Assembly: GCF_018350175.1 (NCBI RefSeq)
Contig: NC_058368.1
Coordinates: 118,732,001-118,796,000 of the forward strand
From: Felis catus
Taxonomy: Eukaryota
Length of the DNA: 64,000 bases
Reading direction: 5' to 3'
Shown here: positions 37,091 to 49,455 of the stretch, one piece after another
Position numbering within the stretch: position 1 is the first letter of the stretch
Layout: the number at the start of each line of letters is the position of its first letter
Program-made: the position numbers and the translations under genes
The notes under the pieces: generated by a model
The model's database searches: none
Told to the model about the DNA's origin: nothing
What the model saw: only the letters and a program-made list of their open reading frames with translations

Positions 37091-37833
37091 TCCAGCTCTA
37101 GAGACTTTTGATCTGCTCACTTTTTGGGAGGTTGTGTTTTTTTGTTTGTTTTGCTTTGTTTTTTTGCCAAAGCCCATGGAAGTCCTAAATTAGAGCCCCA
37201 ACAGAAATGGAGTTCTGCATCAAGCTATGTGGAAGGAAGTGGTGACCCTGACCTAGATTCCACTGAGACTTCCTTAACCTTAGGGAATTCTGGTTTGGGG
37301 GAGGCTGCCTGGATGCCCAGGCTGGCCCCACAACACAATCAATTAGATTCTTGCAAAGTTCGGTGGCTCTTCCCCAGATTTAGCTGCTGCTCACAGGCAG
37401 CACCAACACTTTATCAGCTTTAGAGAGAGAGGTGTTGCCTTCCTCTGTGTAGCAGCAGGAAGGCTAACGTCCATCTTCCAAATAGTCTCTCCGTATCATT
37501 TAGACATCAGTACTTTTTGGAAGAAGGAAGGCAGTAGGCAGGACAAAATGTTAATATTTATACAGTGCCTCCCCTCCCCAGCGACTTATTCCAGCTCTGA
37601 TATTCTGTCCCATTCAAGAAAGGCAGGAAACCACCTGTATGTTGCTTGGTAAGGATCTGGTTGAATAAGGTGTTGCACACCTCTTAAGTTATGTAGTTAC
37701 TACAAAGAATTGAGAGGCCAAGTGTTCATGTACTAATGGAGCATTCTCCAGGATATATTGTTAAGGAAGATACGCAGTGTTGAGAACAGTGTGAGTAACT
37801 TGCTACTGTTTCTTTTTAAAGATGGGGGATCAG

Positions 37834-37834
<1 letters not shown>

Positions 37835-37901
<67 letters not shown>
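37835..37901. repeat. Compound (TCTG)n(TC)n microsatellite
   Basis: Read directly from the sequence. Confidence 0.93.
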
Positions 37902-39132
37902 AAGCTGATGAAGTTTTGGTGCTGCTCCCTCCCTCTCGCCCTCTTTCGCGAACACATACACCTAAACTTGTTCGTTCCTACAATATCTCTGAAAGGAAAT
38001 ACAAGAAATCCATAACAATGGCTACTTCTGCAGAGAGAGTCAGTGGAATGAGTGACTTATTTTCCCCTTTCCACCTTTTACACTGATAGCCTTTAATACT
38101 CTTTGGAAGTTTTAGCAATTGATATAATGTCCATTCAACGGAATAGAGTAATATAAAAATTAAAGAGAAAATCCTCCCTGTCGCCAAAATAAGCTGAAAG
38201 GTATTCATATATTTTATTTATAGATACAAATATACACCTTTATCTCATGGTTGTGAATTATCCATCCTAAGAGTATTTTAAATCTGTGGTTGATAACCAG
38301 GCAACCCTGTAGCAATACAGGATTACCTGGGATCATAAGTAATCACAGCCCTCATCCAAATACTTGCTGATATGTTACCTCTGAGTCTCTAAATAAGTGA
38401 GCAATAAAGTCCTATATTGAACTCCTAAACCTCATACCTGTCGGAGACTGATAAGTTCACACGGGTAGGTTCTTTGATATGTGTCCAAGTCCGTTATCAG
38501 AGATAAGGAAGCTTAAGTGTAAACCTGTGACTTAACTGCGTTTCAGATTTGATCGGGAGCTAGCTACGGGAAGGAATGCAGAGAACTTATGTGCTCAGAA
38601 TACATCTGTTGATCCAACTCTTTAAAAGTTTTTCCTTTCCTCTGTAAAAGGAGCCCAAAAGTTCCGTGTCTTGTTTAAGGCTGTTGAGGTGACATAAGAG
38701 CTAATTCTTCACTTTTTGGTGCTTCGCAGGTAACTAAGTGGTAGTGTTATTTTCACCAGTAAAAAAAATCAAGCATCTAGGCTTGTACTTGCAGCTGGCA
38801 GAATTTACAAACAGTAAATGAGCAAAAGGATTGATAAATATCATGGACGGCAACTCATGGGAAGCATAAGCAAAATGCGTAAGGGTAACCTGAAGGCTCA
38901 GGACTGTGGTACTCTGGTGACTGAAGGAAAACGTGTTTGATGTCATCTTGTCATGAAGAAAAAATGTCTGCCTTACCTCACCTTAACATGGTATTTTTCT
39001 TTTTGCAAGTAGATTTTTTCAGATATTCTAGAAAAAAACATTATCGTACCAAATTTCTGTGTTCACTGGAAAAAAAAAATTATACCTTACCTTTTATGAA
39101 GGATAATGTATATGAAAATGTAGAAGATTCTT

Positions 39133-39356
39133 TTTTTTTCATTTTTTCTTAATGTTTTTATTTATTTTTGAGACAGAGAGAGACAGAGCATGAACAGGGG
39201 AGGGACAGAGAGAGGGGGAGACACAGAATCGGAAGCAGGCTCCAGGCTCTGAGCTGTCAGCACAGAGCCCGACGCGGGGCTTGAACTCACAGACTGCGAG
39301 ATTGTGACCTGAGCCGAAGTTGGACGCTTAACCGACTTGAGCCACCCAGGCGCCCC
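39133..39356 (-). mobile_element. CAN-SINE (SINEC_Fc-type)
   Basis: Ends gccacccaggcgcccc; TSD agaagattctt at 39122-39132 and 39357-39367. Confidence 0.95.
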
Positions 39357-40941
39357 AGAAGATTCTTAATAAACACCTGATCCAGAAGATTTAGGCTGCT
39401 GAATATACTTGGTGTGGAGAAGAGGGAGCTTTTTGTATTTTTACAAAAAAACAGGCTTGAGTTTATTTTATTCTTTTTTTAGGCTTGAGAGAGAATTGGC
39501 ATAAGGAATTTTGTTTTTAACCAACTTTGCCTTTTCTGCTTTTATTTTTTAAGTTCCTCATCTGAAATACAGCATGTGAAATGAGATGGAATCATCTTTG
39601 TGAGAGGTATATCTTTTCCTGTAAGCCAAAGATTGGCCAAGCATTGTCCCTTAAGGAAGACGAAGTCACGTTGCCTGTGTAATAAGGAATCTGTTGCTCA
39701 GTAGACATAGAATAAGAAGTCACTGAGTCTAGTTTCGTATTTATGAACAGAAGCTCCCGTTTTAGGTGGTGGAAATTAATCTCATGGGACTTTACTTTGA
39801 AATTAAGTTTCACGTGGGAAATTACCTATAGGCCTGTCAGGGAAACCCTTCAGGCAAGGTAGTGACTTCAAATACCGTAACACGGATATCTCCAAGATTC
39901 TTTTTTTTTCTTTTTTCTTTCTTTCTTTTTTTTTTTTTTTGTCTTTCCTCCAATTCACAAGAAGGATCCCCTCCACACTCATTCACATTGAAGTAGAAGG
40001 TCTTTTACCACTGTATATAAAGAGCGAGTCTAAAAATGAGAAATTAATTTGGCTTAGCCCTAGGGTAGCTTGGAGAATGCTTTTGAAGGTTAATGTTAAA
40101 AAGCACTTGGAAAGACAGTTCATTTTGGAGCCTGAGGAGAAAATTCCTTTAGATAGAGGTTTAATGTAAACCTAAGTGGCAAGCCTTTAAGCAAAACTGT
40201 AGATACAGCATGGACACTTAGATTTCATTACTGTAATGTAAATCTTTGCTATAAAAAAAGGCTCAGGTATCTCATTATCATCTTTATACAATTTTCAGCT
40301 CATAATTTCAGAATCCACAAATGCCTTTAGGGTCCAATATGCAAAGGAAATTATATATTGCAGGAAATAATGAAAAGGAGACAAGTAATTTCATGGAAAG
40401 CATAAATGTGCAGTACACTGAATCAGGCCACAGTCTCAATATGCTTTGATTCTGGCATTCAACTGACATCACTTTGAGCAAAAAGTTGACCTCTGTGTTC
40501 CTTCTAGGGACCATATTTCTCACTTTGCCTGTTACGTGCATTGCCCAGGTATAAATTTAGTAGCACCCCTCTCCCCACTGTCCTATCTGGGTGGTATATC
40601 ATCTGATCACTCTGCTTATATTCAGTATAGCAATATTCATAACACCTCATCATTAGCATCCAGGTGTCTTTTTTTACTAAACTGATCATCTTTGGACCAG
40701 GAACCATCTTGTGTGTCTCCATGCAGACATCATTGAATGCTAAGACTGCTCTGTCAGGATGGATTACCAGACCACAGAGAACCTGACAGCAACAGCATAT
40801 GTGTGTGCACATGTGTGGATCTAGACCTAGATACAGCAGATGCCTATGCCTTGGTCCATAGCTGCTTTGGCAACAGGATGCCATCAGCAGACTACAAGTT
40901 TGAAAAAATTCCCAGATTTTGTGGCTACTGCTATGGTCAAG

Positions 40942-40957
40942 AATAATAATGATGATG

Positions 40958-40993
<36 letters not shown>
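40942..40993. repeat. (AAT)n/(GAT)n trinucleotide microsatellite
   Basis: Read directly; it causes the poly-Ile and poly-Asn runs in the ORF track. Confidence 0.95.
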
Positions 40994-40994
<1 letters not shown>

Positions 40995-42934
40995 AAGATA
41001 TGTTTATAACATTTTGCAATTTTCAGAGCCATTTCAGATACTTCATTTGATTTTTGCACGAACCCCTATCATATCCCTTGGTGTACCATATTAACAGTTG
41101 TCCATTTATATACCTGATGCCTGAACTAAGCTGAAACGTACTTCAGACCCATGCCCAGTTCTGGTTCACTCTTGTTTTCCCTAGCTCTTGTTGATAGTGC
41201 TGTTTGGGGTATTTGATAAATATGAGCTGAATGAATAAAGAGGACAACCAAGGCTTTTATTTTATGAATGAGAGAAACTGAGGCTGGGAGAGCTGGGGTG
41301 GCCTCTTGGAGAATATGTAAGTCTTTAGTTTGGAGGCTGTTCTGTAAGCCTGGGCCTTCTGATTCCAAGTTCAGTGCTCTTTCTGTTGAATCAGCACCAG
41401 GAAGAAAACAGCATCATCTTCATTATAAGGGGTTAACAACTTGGGGAGACCTGTAGAAAAACGGAGATAGTGGTTTTCTCTGCCTGGTGTTTCTTCTCCC
41501 TGCATACACTCCCTAACATCTTCTGTGCCTTTGAAGGTCCACTGTGAGCCTTCTCTGACCCCATCACCGTGACTGCATCAGGTGCTGCTTTTCAGTGCTA
41601 TGTCCATAGTCGGTGCCTGAAAATTTGGCCAGCTTTCTTTACTTGGCTTTTTACTTACCGTTGACTTCTCATTAGTCATCAAGACCTGTCAGTTCTGCCT
41701 CTCTCCCATCAGCCCACCGGTCTCCATCCCTGCTGCCTCCACCGCAGCCCAAGCCTTGCCCATCTGGTCTTCCTGTCCCTTGACCAACCCTTTGGATTGT
41801 TCTAATGTGCAAACTTGAACTCAGCACTTGCCCCCTCACCCATGGATACCGTAAGCTTCAGAAACCTTTTACACACTGATAGGCCCTGATGAGTGGTCCA
41901 GCCCTGCTTGACATTGCAGCCTCTGTTGAATCTCTCTGGTTGGGCCCTGCTGAACTGATTTCACTTCCCCATCCTTGCACTGTGTCTTCTCTTCTCCAGG
42001 GAATGCTGTGTTATTAAACATCGCTTCTTTCAGAGAGCCCTCCCTCCTAAATTGGGTGGGTTAATGCCTGCATATTTGGGGAAGCTCTTAGCCCCCAACA
42101 GAGTGTGATGTCATCAGCTGGCTATTAGTCTCATTCTCTGAGGCCCAGTGATGTCGTCTCAGTTTTAACCCTTCAGTGTCCAGCACAATCCCAGGAACAT
42201 AGTAGTAAGAATCGGTTTTTACATGAATGAATAAACACATAGCATACATTGAAAATGCTTTCTGGACACTTTTACAAAAAGCACCCCACTTTTTGGTGAC
42301 CCCACTTGGGGATGACACTCTCTTTTAGTTTTTTAGGGGGTGTGTCTTGTTTTCATTTTTAGATTTTTAATTCTGTGAGATGTTGAGCAACACTGCGGGT
42401 TCCAGAAGTTACTTAAAATTCTCCAGTGTCTTCCATTTGCACATAGGTAGAATGGAATCATGCCTACATGACCTGGCCCATGCCCACCTTACCCAACCTT
42501 TCCAACCTCCCTTCTCCTGGTTGTCTCCCTTACTTGCCACCCTCCTATTGCTTATTCAGTTCTTTGTGTAAACCAAGTTCATTCTTGCCACTGGGCCTTA
42601 GCAACACCTGTTCCTACTGCCTTAGGAGGTTCTGCTTTGATGCTTACATGCCCTAGCGTGCCCTGACCCTTCTGATCCCCACCCATCACTGTCTGACACA
42701 TCACCCTCTTATTTTCTTTATAGCACTTTCCCTCTGAAATGTTCTAGCCTGGTGAACCCACTCCCGTGCTGATTGTCCGTCTCTTCTCAAGACACTATAA
42801 GCCCCATGGGAGTAAGACCATACTCTTACTATCTCAGAATTCCCAGCACCTAAGAGAAGGTCTAGCACAGAGTAGATGTTTCATAACTATCTGTTAAATC
42901 CACCCATTTTTAGTTTTTAAAAAATAAAACTTGG

Positions 42935-43155
42935 GGGCGCCTGGGTGGCGCAGTCGGTTAAGCGTCCGACTTCAGCCAGGTCACGATCTCGCGGTCCGTG
43001 AGTTCGAGCCCCGCGTCAGGCTCTGGGCTGATGGCTCGGAGCCTGGAGCCTGTTTCCGATTCTGTGCTTCCCTCTCTCTCTGCCCCTCCCCCGTTCATGC
43101 TCTGTCTCTCTCTGTCCCAAAAATAAATAAACATTGAAAAAATAAATAAATAAAT
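42935..43155 (+). mobile_element. Young felid SINEC_Fc
   Basis: Nearly identical to the 10572 copy, CpGs intact; TSD aaataaaacttgg at 42922-42934 and 43156-43168. Confidence 0.96.
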
Positions 43156-45955
43156 AAATAAAACTTGGTGTTCAGTGTGCGAGGAATTCCTTTATCCAAA
43201 ACTTGACATTAACACAGATGATGAACAAGATAATTTCTCATGTCCCTTAAGTAATTGGCCTAGGTAATAATTCACATAGCAGTTGAGTTTTCTGTACTCA
43301 TCACCAAATGTGTCAGGCCAGAATGTCCTGAAGTTTGCTAGGAATACAGGCATATCTTTTGCTCTCTGTGTGCGGTGGCCCAACCAGGCTGGTTCTTAAG
43401 TAAATAATCACTGTGTCTTTAGCCACTCCATTCTCAAATTCAGATCCTATGTAAACAGTTTCTATAAATTATGAAAAGTATTTTTTTAGAGTAAGGTCCT
43501 TGCTTGATCATAGTCTACCTGATCCTTTAGAACATGGGTTCCTTGGAAAGGTGATGCTGCTAATTGCTCAGAGCCCTGACAGGCTTTGTGGTTCTCCAGT
43601 TTTGGTGACTCCATCTGAACCTAGCAGGGTTGCTACTTTGGTTTTAGAGTTATTCTCCTTATGCCTCATGCTGTTCACAAGTGGCAAATGAGCCAGTTTC
43701 TTTTCCCAGATAAGGCCCATCGGGGAATTTGGGCTCTTAGTGGTGGCGATATAACCTTGCAAAACATGTGTAAACACAGTGCTGGCTAAGTACTTGCTAA
43801 GGTGAGAGGCAGGATGGAAGTTACTGTAGGCCCACAGTAAAACATCCTGGGAGGTTTTCTGTGATTTTCCAAAACACCAAATTCATATAAATGTTCTTTT
43901 TCCTCATCTGCTGGGCCTGTTGTGGGGATTGAGGAGATGAGAGCAAAGCACCCCATGACCTGCCTTGTGATAAGCCTTGGGTAAATGTTCAGTTAGTACT
44001 ACTATACCCATCTCAGCTAGTATTCTGGAAGGACACTGGGCCCTGGGTTTTGTCTCTAACCCACTGAGAGTTTGTCCCCCTCCTGAGTAGTTGCAAAACT
44101 CACCGGCAGGCTGTCATCTGCTGCGGAGCAAGTTGCAGAATGAGTTGGCTCCAGGCAACTCATTTTTTGAGCTCTTCCCTGCCCACACGTACCATGAGTT
44201 ACCCAGAAAGCGGCAGCTGCAGCCATGAGTGGAAATTCCCCCAGGCCACTCACCGCCTCTGGTTATGGGCAAAGGCTTGCCAGCGGAACGGCCTCCTTCA
44301 CCAAGTCCTCGGTGTCCGGCCAAGGTCTGCAAATACCAGTGTAAATCCTGGGACTCCACAGCAGTCGCCCTGCTCTTCACAGATGCCACAGCAAATCTCT
44401 CTCTCCGCTGTGCTTGTAAGCAGGCAGAGCTTCTGATGGGGAGAGGGTAGAAGAGACTTGGGGAAGGACTCCATTTTCCTAGTTTCAGCAGAATTTTGGA
44501 TAATCTGAGGCTCCTACACATTGTTTGTTCTGTCACTCTGACTCTCAAATAAGAGGGTAAGGTGTTAAGATTCTGGAAGTTTCTCAGAGGGAAAGGGGTT
44601 AACATAAAACACGTATGTGTCCGTGCGCTGATGGTCTGAACATTACACGGTCTGTTTGAACAAGTAAACCTTAGACCAGGCCAGTCTATCCTATACAGAG
44701 ACAACATTGATCTTCCAGGAGGAATTGCCAGCTCCAGAATGCCAGCTGTCCCTTCCTGTCCATTAAGGAGTGGAGAATGCCTCTTTTTAACTAGCTGAAA
44801 TACTCGTTACAAATATTGGAGCCCAAATTTATTATCACTTATCTTTTATCTTCCTTAAAAAAAAAATGACTAAGGAGCATTCCCCCTTGATTCCCTGAGG
44901 ATTAAGGAAGGACATGTTACCTGCCAGAGTGTCTCCAGCATTGCACCTGGAGATGTTATGGAGGTGTCTGGGTGCATGTTTGGGCTCAGCATGTGTGTCA
45001 CTCCTATATATAAGCTCCTTCATCCCCTTGCTGCAATTCACTGTTCACACTTGGCTTGCCGATGATGGCTTGTAGGAAGCCATTCATTCTCATTTCAGGA
45101 GAAGAGGCTAAGTGAGAACAAACATACCCTCCCTTGTCCCACCGGCTCCCTTGTTCCCTGCAGTGATTCAAAGCAGTCTTCTCTGAGAATTTTCACTTAT
45201 TTTGAAGGAATGACTTGAACCTAGATTGGTTTGGCCCCATTTTTGTCTTAGTACTTATTATTTGATTGGCTCATTTGACAGAAGAAACAAAACCCATATA
45301 CCTAAGAGACCAAAGAAGGGGAGTGATGGGAAAGAAGAAGGAATACGAGTGAAGCCAAATTGTCCCACTGTGGGTGGGATTGTATATGAGCATGACCTTT
45401 TTTAGGAGCGCTGTGGAAGTACGGGTCAGAAGCCTTACGAAGGGCTTACCCTTTGACTCAGCAATTACCTTCTAGTATTAACCATAAGAACATAATCAGA
45501 GATACATGTAAAAGTGGATGGGCTTTTATGCCACTATTATTTATAATAGCAAAAACAAAAACAACAACAACAACAAAAACTTAAATGTCCAGGAATAGTG
45601 ATGATGTGGTAATTGCCACACAGCCATGGACTACAATGCAACTATTAAAAATTATATTGCCAATACATTTTATCAACGTAGGAATATTTTCATAATAAAC
45701 TCCTTTGTTGAAAAAAGGAGAATAAAAAAGTCTTCTAATTACAGTGCCATTTTAATACATAAACCAAAATGCATATGGATGCGTATGGACATGTAGCAAG
45801 ATTCTAAAACATTGTGACAGCAGTGCCATAGGGTGAGACTTGATGGCTTTTGTTTCATTTTGGTTTTTGCCTCTTGTTTCTTTGTTGTCCACATTGAGCA
45901 TGATTGCTTTCATAGCCAGAAACAGAAACAATGGATTTTCTTTCTGTAGTTTAAA

Positions 45956-46178
45956 TTTTTTTTTATTTTTTTAAATGTTTTTATTTATTTTTGAGACAGA
46001 GAGAGACAGAGCATGAGCAGGGGAGGGGCAGAGAGAGAGGGAGACACGGAATCCGAAGCAGGCCCCAGGCGCCAAGCTGTCAGCACAGAGCCCGACGAGG
46101 GGTTCACACTCACAGACTGCAAGATCATGACCTGAGCTGAAGTCGGACACTCAACCGACTGAGCCACCCAGGTGCCCC
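45956..46178 (-). mobile_element. CAN-SINE
   Basis: Perfect TSD tctttctgtagtttaaa at 45939-45955 and 46179-46195. Confidence 0.95.
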
Positions 46179-46792
46179 TCTTTCTGTAGTTTAAAAATAA
46201 GTATTTATGCATTACAAAGACGCCCTCCCCCTTTACCCTTTTAAACCAAAAATGGGCTGAGGAGGAGGAGAGGAAGTAAGCTGGCTTTGAAAATTTGAAT
46301 TAGGCAGAGCCTTGGAGTCCTTCCTGGTCAGTTTTGCTTTGGCAAGGCAGATATGGTTGTACAGTCCCTAAGGTTATTTCTTCCTTACCCTAAATACAGG
46401 AGGTCATCAAGTTCATGAAGTATCAATACTTGCTATTATGTGGGGAACCCTTTCTAGGGGCAGGTGTGGTGTCCTGCTCTTTATCTAGGTTCACTCATGC
46501 AATCTTCACAAAAGGCCCTTGAGGGTAACCTTCTCCTTGGTTTTCAAATGAGGAGAGGGAGGTGGGGTGGTAAACATTCCCACACTTGTTCCGCCTGCCT
46601 CCATAGGCCTTGCTGTTCGCACTCAACCCAGTATTTCCTGCAGGAACTTTCTCAAAGAGTCTTCTTTAGGTTTGTCTTCCAAAAGGAGCCACCCTGTTTA
46701 CAGAACCAGCTTTTAACCTATTGACAGAGGTGTGCACAGGGAGAAGGGAAATTAGATATTGAGAGGCTCATGATTTAAAAGGAGAAGGGGTG

Positions 46793-47040
46793 GGGGAGCG
46801 CCTGGGTGGCTCACTTGGTTTATGGATGGTATAAGTACTGAGTCCTTAAGTCCACTTTAAACGTCTGACTTTGGCTCAGGTCATGATCTTGGAGTTTGTG
46901 AGTTCGAGCCCGGCATTGGGCTCTCTGCTGTCAGCACAGAGCCTGCTTCAGATCCTATGTCCTACTCTCTCTCTCTGCCCCTCCTCTGCTTGTTCTCTCT
47001 CTCTCTCTTTCTCTGTCTCTCAAAAAGTGAATAAACTTAA
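46793..47040 (+). mobile_element. CAN-SINE interrupted by a short non-SINE insertion
   Basis: gcgcctgggtggctcacttggtt [insert] aaacgtctgactttggctcaggtcatgatc...; TSD-like aaaaggagRRgggg on both sides. Confidence 0.92.
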
Positions 47041-47954
47041 AAAAGGAGGGGGGGAGGCGGCTGCTGCAGTGGCCCACCCACCACCCCAAGAAATTCATCC
47101 ATTCATTAAGTGCTAACGTCCAAGGATCCAGCCCAGCCTACCTTGACCAGCTTAGTGTTGGCAACTCTTTGCTGTCGACATTGCAGAGTATTCTAAGAAT
47201 AAGCAGCGCCATCCCCGGTGGCATTTGTATAAAACCCGTGCACTGTCATCCTTAGAGAAAGTCTGAGCCCAAAGAGGAAGTATGATCCTGTACCTCTGTC
47301 CTCCACCCGGCCTTTGCACGTGGGCTTCCCAGGAAGCTGTCCAGAGGAGTGCCTGGGGATTGAGATTCCCTCCCCTGACACCTCCAAAATGAGTGTGGGC
47401 TGGTGCGTAGTGCCTCTTTTCCCATATGCCCCCATTTTCTGCAGCATTAAGGCTTTCAGGGACACCACCAGCATTTCTTTGAGAGAGCTAGTAGAAAACA
47501 GATGTCTCCTGTTAGTCTTCCCTGAAAAAAAGAGGCTGGGGTTTAATTAAGGTCCATAAGTGAGCCAGAGCTCAGTATTGACACCTCCATTTGAACATGA
47601 AATTCTGGGCTTTGGGCACAGGTTATTTGACACCTGCAGACCTATCTGTCACTGGTAACACAACCGGGGCACCTGTGAACGTGCCTCTGTATGTTTTCTA
47701 CTGGGGGCTTTGCTGTGCAGACACAAGTAACAGGGCTATGCTAAGATGGGGAATTAACCTAGGACAAACCCCCTAGAACCTGAGGCATATTACTTTCGCT
47801 CTTTCCTTTTAGTTGATGCTAGTTTTCTCTTCATTTTCACTTCTCTTGGGATCAGTTTATGGATTGTATAAGTACTGAGTCCTTAAGTCTACTTTTCATT
47901 TTGAAATAGATGAACCATTTTCTCAAGACAAGTCAGGCATGCCCTGATCATAAA

Positions 47955-48135
47955 ACAGCTACCATTTAGTGAAGACTTCATGCCTACCACGCTTTAAGAT
48001 GCTAAGTATTCGCTATGTACAGTCTCCATAATATCCCCCTTTTAAACAGGGAAGGAAAAGGAGGGACACAGAAGTTGCCCAAGGTCACAGCCAAGAAGTG
48101 GCAGAGCCAGTATTGGAGGGGGTTTCTGACCCTAA
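47955..48135 (-). mobile_element. MIR fossil
   Basis: cagctaccatttagtga...atcccccttttaaacaggg...ttgcccaaggtcacagcca..aagtggcagagccag. Confidence 0.7.
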
Positions 48136-49237
48136 ACTCGTGTACCTGTTAATTCACTGTTCATAATATTGCTTTCATTTAGAAGTCTGTTCAGCAAATA
48201 AGACAGGTATTCTCTGAAAACAGACAACCCGTGAAATTACTGAGAAACTAGCAAACCATTTTTCTTTATTTTCTATTGAATGTGTATTTATGATTTCTTG
48301 GAACTGAGAGTTCACCTCTTCCAACAGGCTCTAGGGCACCACACGCAAACCCCCTGTAAGTTGGCCCACTTGGTTTGTGTCACACGTTTCCCAGTGACCC
48401 CTTCTGTCCCCCAGGCTTGTGAAGTAAATGTTTCAGGGAGCACTGTTAGAAGCCTCCACAGTGGGAAGGGCTGGAGGGGTGCAGCAGGCACAGGCATTCA
48501 GAAGAGCCCAAGTTCTCGAGTCAGGCTGCCTCGGTTCAGCCTCAGCATTACCGCTTTCAGACTCAGAAAATTGTTCAGTCTCTCTACTTTCCAGCTACCT
48601 CTTTGCAACATCAGGCAGCCCTCACAGGGTTGTCAGGAGGAGGCAGTGACAAAAAGTGCTCAGCCCAGAGCCTAGCATGCGGAAGTACTCTCTCTACTGG
48701 TGGGAGCTGTTAGTTTAGATGCTAGCATTTGTCCTATGGCTCCACCTTGTCTCGGCATAGAGTGTGGGGGCTCTTTTTGTCCTTGATGATGATTCTCCTT
48801 TCCCACATGCAAGATGACTGGACCCCCTTAGTTTTAAACCCCAGAATGGAAAATGGGAACACCGCAACCCCGTGGAAACTTTTCCAAACTACTCGAGATT
48901 AGCGATCGCTCTCTTCTCAGAACCCCTTCAGTTCTTGGGAGCAAATCACAGATGAAACTGGGAGTTTGTTAATTCGGTAGATTAGTTTACACGTTTGTGG
49001 GGCCAAATGTAATGAAATCCATGAGAATAAGTCAAATTTTCTGGATGAATAAAATAATCACAAAGGTAAAGTTTTGGTACTAAGCCCCTTGGGTGTCCAC
49101 ATTTCCCAGTAATTTGCACAGCTGACACAGAGCAATGTAGAAACCAGGAATCCGTGGTTCCCATCTCTGCTTGCTTATCAGAACCACAGGGCTGGGGTTG
49201 GGGGAAATGGGGACAGCATCTTAAAAACAGATTTTTA

Positions 49238-49455
49238 GGGGCACCTGGGTGGCTCAGTTGGTTAAGCATCTGACTCTTGATTTTGGCTCCGCTCACGATC
49301 TCACAGCTTGTAGGATCAAGCCCCACATGGGGCTTTGCACTGACAGCACAGAGCCTACCTGGGCTTCACCATCTCCTCTCTCTCTGCCCCTCCCCTCTCG
49401 CACACACACACATGCACTCTCTCACTGTCTCTCAAAATAAATAAACTTCAAAAAA
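49238..49455 (+). mobile_element. CAN-SINE
   Basis: ggggcacctgggtggctcagttggttaagcatctgactcttg head; A-tail; TSD-like acag(ag)attttta. Confidence 0.93.

Noticed and set aside
40504..41094. ORFs with poly-Ile or poly-Asn runs, and the Cys-containing ORF 40737..40946
   Set aside because: The homopolymers come from the (AAT)n microsatellite. I could not match the adjacent peptide to any protein or find a convincing acceptor.
44114..44707. Longest ORF in the window (197 aa, minus strand)
   Set aside because: Non-ATG start, no recognisable domain and no supporting gene structure; compatible with chance in GC-richer DNA.
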